Below are positions 54,999 through 64,000 of a stretch of DNA of 64,000 nt, one piece after another. The stretch's first letter is position 1. Each line of letters begins with the position of its first letter. The notes beneath the pieces are model-generated. The model was not told the DNA's origin. It made no database searches and was given only the letters and a program-made list of their open reading frames with translations. This DNA is from Eledone cirrhosa. Lineage: Eukaryota. The position numbers and the translations under genes are program-made. The stretch lies in the NCBI GenBank assembly GCA_964016885.1, contig OZ024761.1, forward strand, positions 17,112,001 through 17,176,000, in the 5' to 3' direction.

Positions 54999-55006
54999 CC
55001 GGAAGT
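54999..55006. promoter_or_regulatory. ETS/GABP motif CCGGAAGT near the ankyrin gene start
   Basis: Exact motif ~45 nt upstream of ATG. Confidence 0.5.
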
Positions 55007-55445
55007 AACCTTTGGCCCGATTATTTGTTATTTATTTACATGTTTTTTAAAAAGTTAATTCTAAAAAAAAGCGTTTTGATCAGATCATTACATCTAACGG
55101 TTCTTTTCATTAATGATTGCTTAAAGAAACTGTTATTTATTGTTATTATTATTATTATTCTTACCAGCAACGCACCGGGATCTATTTAATCGACTTTCTC
55201 CTCCCTCCCAAAAATCATTGGCCGTTGGCCCTAAATCAGAAACCATTATTATTATCATCATTACGGATTATCATTACTATATATATTTTCTCCGTTTTCT
55301 TCTTCTTGATATCTTCAAAGAACAACTGAGAGGAAAGACAATTTGAGAATGTGACGGAAACATGCATTTATAATATAAATATCTATTTTATGTGTGTGAT
55401 TCTGAAAACAAGGTCGGTGAGGTTTTCATCACAACGAAATAGAAA

Positions 55446-55480
<35 letters not shown>

Positions 55481-55699
55481 AATATACCAGGATTATCCAG
55501 TAACAAAAGACCCTTATTCAGCAGAGTACTCGATACTTGGGATAGTAGAGGCCGAGCTCTTGCCGTGTCGACATCAAATTCCAGACAAATACACACTCTC
55601 TCTCTCTCTATATATATATATATAGGAAAAGAGGACGGACCCTGACGGCTGACCTCCGGCCGTTTCGACAGCTAAATCCGAACTGTTGTTATATATATA

Positions 55700-56150
55700 T
55701 ATCTCCCAGTAAACATTATAAACAGAGAATGTGTTACTGGACATGTGGTGCGATACGAAGTGGTTATATATAATACAGTAAACCTTATAAAGATGCGTGT
55801 TACTACACATGTGGGGACTGGTCTAATAAGGTTATATATAATACAGTAAATATTATAAACAAAGGGGATTACGATACATGTGGGAACTGACAAACAAGGT
55901 TATATATAAACAGTAAACACGGGGGGGTTACAATACATGTGGGGTTAGACAAACAAGGTTATATATAAACAGTAAACACGGGTGTTACAATACATGTGGG
56001 GCTAGACAAACAAGGTTATATATAAACAGTAAACACGGGTGTTACAATACATGTGGGGCTAGACAAACAAGGTTATATATAAACAGTAAACACGGGTGTT
56101 ACAATACATGTGGGGCTAGACAACCGAGGTTATATGCATGTGGGGCTAAG
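55700..56150. repeat. 57-bp tandem repeat in the intergenic promoter region
   Basis: acaaacaaggttatatataaacagtaaacacgggtgttacaatacatgtggggctag units. Confidence 0.88.
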
Positions 56151-56503
56151 GCAAACGTGGTTATAATTCATACAGTAAACACGGAGGGACGCGATAAATG
56201 TGGGGCTAAGGCAAAAGAGGAACGGGGTTGTATATCATACAGAAAAATTATAAACACGGAGGTGTGTTACCATAAATGCGAGGCTGGGGAAAATGTGGGT
56301 AGGGGCAAATACGGTATTTACAACAGGCAGATTAATTTGATAAAACACGAAATAAGTATAAAAGTATTACAAAAACACAAAATAATAATAACAATAATTA
56401 TTATTATTGTTATTATTATTAAAATAATTATTACTAAAAAAAAAAATTATTATGTCTGTCAAAATTTACGATGAAAAACTGAAAAATAATTCGAAGTGAA
56501 TAG

Positions 56504-56526
56504 TGACGTCAGAAAGCGCGAATTTT
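56504..56526 (+). promoter_or_regulatory. CRE palindrome TGACGTCA plus an E2F-like GCGCGAA element upstream of the WDR76-like ATG
   Basis: Exact motifs ~80-100 nt upstream of ATG in an otherwise CpG-poor region. Confidence 0.5.
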
Positions 56527-56602
56527 GGGTCACTTGATGGAAATAGTTATTGTTGGTTGGTTTACGTATTTGTGGTTCTTCCCGGTATTTTCTGTCAGAA
56601 AC

Positions 56603-56668
56603 ATGAGTAAAGTCAATAGAAAAAGAAACTACAGTCAGATTTCTGAAGAGAAACATGTCGAGATTCAG
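56603..56668 (+). CDS. WDR76: WDR76/Cmr1-like gene exon 1 (MSKVNRKRNYSQISEEKHVEIQ)
   Basis: ATG in AACATGA context, CAG|GTAAAT donor, CRE motif upstream; identity inferred from exon 3. Confidence 0.6.
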
Positions 56669-56800
56669 GTAAATTTATATGTGTTTATATTTTCATTTTT
56701 CTTTCATTCAAAATTGTCTTGTGTGTGTGTTTATTTTTGATCTGTTACGTAATGTTTTCAACTACACTATTTTTAGATTCACGCAATAATGTTATGTATG

Positions 56801-56873
<73 letters not shown>

Positions 56874-57610
56874 ATGTATGGCGATGGTAATGATTTCAAA
56901 CGAATTAAATAGCTCTAGTCGTGTAATAACTTCAAATAAATGAATAAAATAAAAAAATGAAAATAAAATTATTTTGTCATTTTCACGAAATCAGTTGCAC
57001 AAATACAATATATATAAAGTGACAATAATAATTGCAACTTTATTTCATATTACAATAATATAAGTTTTAAGTTTTATTACAATTGTTTTTGTATTAAGAG
57101 CCGGGTTTGATCATTCGATCTGATCCCGGCTCTTAATCGACACGTCTTCATATATGAGAGTTTACATGGGTAGTCACAATATATATATATATAACATATA
57201 TTGAACTTTTTATCACATAGAAATACATACATATAATCAATTAAGTGTCCCTAGGAACCTTATAAATATAATACACCAAAATATATAGAGTGTATCAAAA
57301 TATATCTTCCTATGTTTATAAAAGTTGTAAATAAAATCAGATGTTATTGGTACACCCTGTATAATCAAAGCAAGAAGAAAAATGAAAAAAAAACCAACAA
57401 ACAAACACCAATTCATTCGTTATATAACAGTTCGGATTTGCAAAAGGAACAAATCAATAGAAAGAAAAAGAGGTGGAAGGGAGACGTTCAACATCTATTA
57501 CACAATACAACAGGGAAGGTTGGTGGTCCCTTTTAAAAAAGATTATGTAACAGTTCTAGTCCTGTAGAAATCATTTCTATGTAATATAAATATATATATA
57601 TATACACACA

Positions 57611-57977
57611 TACGAGGAGATACTGAAAAGTTCTTGGCTTTGATTAAAAGAAAATACAGGAGGATCAGTTAATTGTGATTTTATTCAACATATTACCCTC
57701 TTAGCAGGGCCTCCAAGACAAGACCACTTTGGGGCCAGAAGCAGGCAAAGATTTTTCTCAAAATGGATGGTTGCATGGTTGTTGTGGGGCCTTAGTTCTT
57801 GGGCCCCGGAACAACCGGCTGGACCCTCCCTCCTCCCATAGGCCCTGCCTCTCAGATTCACACATTTATTGCAGCGGTTCTTCAGTTTTTCTAAGCCCCA
57901 TAAAAAGAACTCAGAAAGTTGGGCTTCCAACCAGGCCCCGATCAAGCCAGGAAGGAACTTTTCAACATCTCGTCGTA
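57611..57977 (-). mobile_element. Mariner-derived short element
   Basis: tacgaggagatactgaaaagttc...gaacttttcaacatctcgtcgta termini; LEKLKNRCNKCVNLRG transposase tail. Confidence 0.75.
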
Positions 57978-58199
57978 TATAGTTGGCATATGTACTGGCT
58001 ACCATGTTGAACTTTGGTACTGACTGTCAAGTTGAACGTTCTCACCCTCTCTTTACATCTATTACTCTATCTACCGCTTATTTCTCCCCCTCTCTTTACT
58101 TCTATAACTCTATCTCCCTCTTGAAGGGAAATCTAGAGTGATATTGTCAGTGATGTGTTTTTTCCCCTTAATTTTTACATGGAATACTTCCTAATGAAG

Positions 58200-58343
58200 A
58201 ACGGTACTGATGTCGAAGAGGACCAACATGGTACCGAGAACCACACAAACATTAAAGTGAAGAAAACTACTGACAAAGACGATGAGAAAACAACCAAGAC
58301 GTATACTTCAGTACTGAATGAAAGAAATGATTTCGATTTCAAG
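58200..58343 (+). CDS. WDR76: WDR76/Cmr1-like gene exon 2 (NGTDVEEDQHG...ERNDFDFK)
   Basis: 144 nt, phase 0-0, aag/gtatgt, hydrophilic open frame. Confidence 0.6.
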
Positions 58344-58420
58344 GTATGTTGTTGTTGTTGTTGCTGTCGTTACTGTTGTTATTGGTGCAGTTGTTGTTCT
58401 AACATAATTTCACGACTAAA

Positions 58421-61372
58421 ATAAGTTCAGGACTTTATTTCTCATATCTTGTCCAACAAACTATCATAGGTTCAGGACTGTATTTCTCATATCTTGTCCA
58501 ACAAACTATCATAAGTTCAGGACTGTATTTCTCATATCTTGTCCAACAAACTATCATAAGTTCAGGACTGTATTTCTCATAACTTGTCCAACAAACTATC
58601 ATAAGTTCAGGACTGTATTTCTCATATCTTGTCCAACAAACTATCATAAGTTCAGGACTGTATTTCTCATAACTTGTCCAACAAACTATCATAAGTTCAG
58701 GACTTTATTTCTCATATCTTGTCCAACAAACTATCATAGGTTCAGGACTGTATTTCTCATATCTTGTCCAACAAACTATCATAAGTTCAGGACTGTATTT
58801 CTCATAGCTTGTCCAACAAACTATCATAAGTTCAGGACTGTATTTCTCATAGCTTGTCCAACAAACTATCATAAGTTCAGGACTGTATTTCTCATAGCTT
58901 GTCCAACAAACTATCATAAGTTCAGGACTGTATTTCTCATAGCTTGTCCAACAAACTATCATAAGTTCAGGACTGTATTTCTCATAACTTGTCCAACAAA
59001 CTATCATAAGTTCAGGACTGTATTTCTCATAGCTTGTCCAACAAACTATCATAAGTTCAGGACTGTATTTCTCATAGCTTGTCCAACAAACTATCATAAG
59101 TTCAGGACTGTATTTCTCATAACTTGTCCAACAAACTATCATAAGTTCAGGACTGTATTTCTCATATCTTGTCCAACAAACTATCATAAGTTCAGGACTG
59201 TATTTCTCATAGCTTGTCCAACAAACTATCATAAGTTCAGGACTGTATTTCTCATAGCTTGTCCAACAAACTATCATAGGTTCAGGACTGTATTTCTCAT
59301 ATCTTGTCCAACAAACTATCATAAGTTCAGGACTGTATTTCTCATAGCTTGTCCAACAAACTATCATAAGTTCAGGACTGTATTTCTCATAGCTTGTCCA
59401 ACAAACTATCATAAGTTCAGGACTGTATTTCTCATAGCTTGTCCAACAAACTATCATAAGTTCAGGACTGTATTTCTCATATCTTGTCCAACAAACTATC
59501 ATAAGTTCAGGACTGTATTTCTCATAGCTTGTCCAACAAACTATCATAGGTTCAGGACTGTATTTCTCATATCTTGTCCAACAAACTATCATAAGTTCAG
59601 GACTGTATTTCTCATATCTTGTCCAACAAACTATCATAAGTTCAGGACTGTATTTCTCATAGCTTGTCCAACAAACTATCATAGGTTCAGGACTGTATTT
59701 CTCATATCTTGTCCAACAAACTATCATAAGTTCAGGACTGTATTTCTCATATCTTGTCCAACAAACTATCATAAGTTCAGGACTGTATTTCTCATAGCTT
59801 GTCCAACAAACTATCATAGGTTCAGGACTGTATTTCTCATAACTTGTCCAACAAACTATCATAAGTTCAGGACTGTATTTCTCATATCTTGTCCAACAAA
59901 CTATCATAAGTTCAGGACTGTATTTCTCATAGCTTGTCCAACAAACTATCATAGGTTCAGGACTGTATTTCTCATATCTTGTCCAACAAACTATCATAAG
60001 TTCAGGACTGTATTTCTCATATCTTGTCCAACAAACTATCATAAGTTCAGGACTGTATTTCTCATAGCTTGTCCAACAAACTATCATAGGTTCAGGACTG
60101 TATTTCTCATATCTTGTCCAACAAACTATCATAAGTTCAGGACTGTATTTCTCATAGCTTGTCCAACAAACTATCATAGGTTCAGGACTGTATTTCTCAT
60201 ATCTTGTCCAACAAACTATCATAAGTTCAGGACTGTATTTCTCATAGCTTGTCCAACAAACTATCATAAGTTCAGGACTGTATTTCTCATAGCTTGTCCA
60301 ACAAACTATCATAAGTTCAGGACTGTATTTCTCATAGCTTGTCCAACAAACTATCATAGGTTCAGGACTGTATTTCTCATATCTTGTCCAACAAACTATC
60401 ATAAGTTCAGGACTGTATTTCTCATAGCTTGTCCAACAAACTATCATAGGTTCAGGACTGTATTTCTCATATCTTGTCCAACAAACTATCATAAGTTCAG
60501 GACTGTATTTCTCATAGCTTGTCCAACAAACTATCATAGGTTCAGGACTGTATTTCTCATATCTTGTCCAACAAACTATCATAAGTTCAGGACTGTATTT
60601 CTCATAGCTTGTCCAACAAACTATCATAAGTTCAGGACTGTATTTCTCATAGCTTGTCCAACAAACTATCATAAGTTCAGGACTGTATTTCTCATAGCTT
60701 GTCCAACAAACTATCATAAGTTCAGGACTGTATTTCTCATAGCTTGTCCAACAAACTATCATAAGTTCAGGACTGTATTTCTCATAGCTTGTCCAACAAA
60801 CTATCATAAGTTCAGGACTGTATTTCTCATAGCTTGTCCAACAAACTATCATAGGTTCAGGACTGTATTTCTCATATCTTGTCCAACAAACTATCATAAG
60901 TTCAGGACTGTATTTCTCATATCTTGTCCAACAAACTATCATAAGTTCAGGACTGTATTTCTCATAGCTTGTCCAACAAACTATCATAGGTTCAGGACTG
61001 TATTTCTCATATCTTGTCCAACAAACTATCATAAGTTCAGGACTGTATTTCTCATATCTTGTCCAACAAACTATCATAGGTTCAGGACTGTATTTCTCAT
61101 ATCTTGTCCAACAAACTATCATAAGTTCAGGACTGTATTTCTCATAGCTTGTCCAACAAACTATCATAAGTTCAGGACTGTATTTCTCATAGCTTGTCCA
61201 ACAAACTATCATAAGTTCAGGACTGTATTTCTCATAGCTTGTCCAACAAACTATCATAAGTTCAGGACTGTATTTCTCATAGCTTGTCCAACAAACTATC
61301 ACAAGTTCAGGACTGTATTTCTCATATCTTGTCCAACAAACTATCATAAGTTCAGGTATGTATTTTTCATAC
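58421..61372. repeat. 45-bp minisatellite, ~65 copies, filling intron 2 of the WDR76-like gene
   Basis: 15-aa periodic ORF; ttcaggactgtatttctcata.cttgtccaacaaactatcata.g. Confidence 0.97.
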
Positions 61373-61449
61373 CTTCTCCGACATTCTAACAAAACTTCAG
61401 AGCTATTTTGAAAATCAAACTCTCCTCTTCTCCTATCTCTTCTTCAAAG

Positions 61450-61536
61450 ATCTCAAAAATTTCGGAATATGAACGCAAACGAGCAGAAAATGTACGAGAC
61501 AATGCAAGATTCATGGCATCCATTGGTATCATACAG
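61450..61536 (+). CDS. WDR76: WDR76/Cmr1-like gene exon 3 (ISKISEYERKRAENVRDNARFMASIGIIQ); gene continues to the right
   Basis: Matches the N-terminal helix S.YERKR..NI.EN..F.ASL recalled for WDR76/Cmr1; WD40 domain not in window. Confidence 0.65.
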
Positions 61537-61585
61537 GTATGTAAACCACAGCTCATTTATATACAGTGTATTTATTTTCTATTTC

Positions 61586-62132
61586 TAGGGCGGGTAAAAT
61601 TCCAGAGATCCATGGACGAGTTCTCTCCTGTGGTCTCTGTCCCTCATCGCTGCCATGTCTTGCATCTCTAACAGACCAGTGTTTGTCCTTAGAGCATCAA
61701 CATATGTTAACCTTGGTCTTCTTCTTCCAGTGTGTCCATGTAGGGGCTCCCACAGGTGCACTGAGTGCAATGTCAACTCTGGATGTCAGTGAGCATGTCC
61801 AGCTAACCTCAGTCTCCTCTGTGTCACTTTTGGGAGGCTCCCATACAGTTCTGAGTTTTTCATCCTCAGTGTATACTGATTAATGTTCAGAGCCATCCTC
61901 AGCATTCTCGTGTAGCACCCATCCACCATCTGAGTGAGTTTCTTGGTCAGTGTCCATACAACAGCACCAGCTCAGAGCAGGAGAGTTAAGGCGAAAAAGA
62001 TATCAGATGCTGAATTTGTCGATGACATAGTTTTGGTGACAAATACAGTGAAGGAGGCAGAGGATTTGATGCAGGAGGTTGAGACTGTGTCGATGAGTGT
62101 GGGGCTGAGAACGAATGAGACTAAAACAGTGT
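61586..62132. mobile_element. LINE relic: minus-strand 3' end joined to plus-strand RT fragment
   Basis: 61586-61955 matches the 8600 family; 61965-62130 encodes DAEFVDDIVL...VGLRTNETKT (FADD-like region). Confidence 0.75.
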
Positions 62133-63140
62133 ATTTATATATATATGATGGCTGCCCCTTCGTTATCGAGTATTGCCATTGCATGATAAAATTAAAAAAA
62201 TATACACACATATATATTAATAATTAACGGTGCTGCAATCAAATGTGGCTTTTTAGTCCATGATTGACAAAAGACAGTTCAGAGTTTAATCCAATTTGAA
62301 AATTTCCAGTCATAGTAGTTTCTTGAAACCTTTGGTAATGGAATAATTATATTGTGTTGTTTATTGTGTAATTTAATAACTCTGTACTATATATAGAGCA
62401 CTTTTCTTTTCTTTACCTTTTCTACGGAAATACTTAACACACACACATATATATATATATAGTTAAAAGAATAGAGGTGTAACACACAAGTTATTATATA
62501 TTGGTAAACGGAATAGAAAATGCTGACAAATTGTTCACAGTTGAAAAATGGTTTAATTAGGAATAAAAGAGTATTAGTGATTGTATGGGTTAGTATTCAG
62601 TTGTGGTTTTAAGTTTTTAAGTTTTTACCGGTTGCGCATTTCTAAATGCTTTTCAAAAATAATTTTGAGATAGAGTGTCCGTGCTGTTTGCTCTGATCTG
62701 ATTAGTTTTGGGAATTCTACCTGTTTTTATGTTAAAAAAGTGGCTCCAGCATTGCTTAAAAACTTAAAAACTTAAAACCACAACTGAATACTAACCCATA
62801 CAATCACTAATACTCTTTTATTCCTAATTAAACCATTTTTCAACTGTGAACAATTTGTCAGCATTTTCTATTCCGTTTACCAATATATATATATATTAAT
62901 TCAAAATATTAATAAATATAGACATTCAACGTAATCAAAATATATTTTATTATATATATTTTGGAGGTACTGTGCTGTTTTTTCAGTACGTCCTCACTTT
63001 CTCCTACTCACCCTCTCCATTATATTTAGTTTGTCATGTTAGTACTTAAGGTATATAAATATTGAGTTTTGTTGAAATTAATCACTGCCAAGACTGGAAT
63101 TGAACCATCAGCACAGTTGAGGTATGTCACACATCAATTT

Positions 63141-63212
63141 ATATATTTTATCTGATGAGGACGTACTGAAAAAACAGCACAGTACCTCCGAAATATATAT
63201 AATAAAATATAT
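63141..63212 (+). ncRNA. Type I hammerhead ribozyme (intact)
   Basis: Stem I atatattttat/ataaaatatat (11 bp), CTGATGA 63152-58, stem II gga-c-gtactg/cagtac-c-tcc, GAAA, stem III tatatat, AUA cleavage site at 63201. Confidence 0.85.
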
Positions 63213-64000
63213 TTTGATTACATTGAATGTCTATATTTATTAATATTTTGAATTAATATTAATAACTCCAGAAAACTTTTACTGTTGAGTGCTTCTAATC
63301 TATTGTAAAATTATATTCATTGATTAATCAATGAACCTTGTTTATCTTTTGGTTAAAGTTATGTTGGTATCACAACATCCAGTCTGAAACAAATGAGGGC
63401 GTGTAGGTGTCACGACAAAAAAACACACAGTCCACGCTGTAATGTGGCCGTGTAGGTAACACGGTAAAAACCTCCCAGTTCCACACTGTAAACGTGGTTG
63501 GTGTTAGGAAGGGCATCCAGCCGTAGAAAACCCGCCAGACAGTCCTATGCGAGCAAGGCAACCACTCTTGCCTCAAGTGGGAAAAACCCATCCAAACCCA
63601 TGCAAGCGTGGAATATCAACGTTAAACGATGATGATGATATATGTGTATGTTTGTGTATATATAATATGTATCTAATTTACATAATGGTGCAAGATTTAA
63701 GTGGAATGTAAAGTAGTCAACACAACACTGTAAATCAATGAAACATTCACCAAAGTCCAATTCTGTTTCAGGCCAAAGATATGTTTAATGCTACGATGCC
63801 AAGGAAACAGAAAACTCATGCAAAACCAAAACCAAAACAAGTTTCGAAACCAAAAAGGTAAAAAAATTTTTTTTTTTTTAATTGTTGGCTTCCCCGATGG
63901 CACGATTGGTTAGTGTGCCATACTTATACCCATGTTTATTACCAGTGGGAAGATATGCAGAAGTTCAAGTCCCACTAGGGGCAGATAATTTTGAAAATTA

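Noticed and set aside
58435-61392. 895-aa repeat ORF and CRISPR-like regularity
   Set aside because: 45-bp head-to-tail minisatellite with no unique spacers, no cas genes, inside a eukaryotic intron

Overview
Repeat-rich, AT-rich animal genomic DNA with abundant (TA)n/(CA)n/(ATG)n microsatellites, tRNA-headed SINEs, RTE LINEs and mariner relics. This landscape suggests a coleoid cephalopod such as Octopus (inference). Three spliced genes were rebuilt by hand with GT-AG, phase-consistent junctions. (1) A minus-strand SLC6/NSS Na+/Cl- amino-acid transporter of the GlyT/PROT-like branch has 12 exons at 650-32097 and runs off the left edge. (2) A probably complete minus-strand ankyrin-repeat gene has 9 exons (~404 aa) at 35436-54956. 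(3) The 5' part of a plus-strand, probably WDR76/Cmr1-like gene starts at 56603, head-to-head with gene 2. The most striking unannotated signal is a dispersed family of four type-I hammerhead ribozymes (1626, 11609, 18889, 63141) with covarying stems, a conserved C.C mismatch and a palindromic stem III. Two of them lie sense within gene introns. Other notable items are a PHD finger inside an RTE LINE ORF, a minisatellite that multiplies a real splice donor, a mariner with two 3' ends, and unusual substrate-pocket residues in the transporter. The long ORFs over minisatellites are artefacts.
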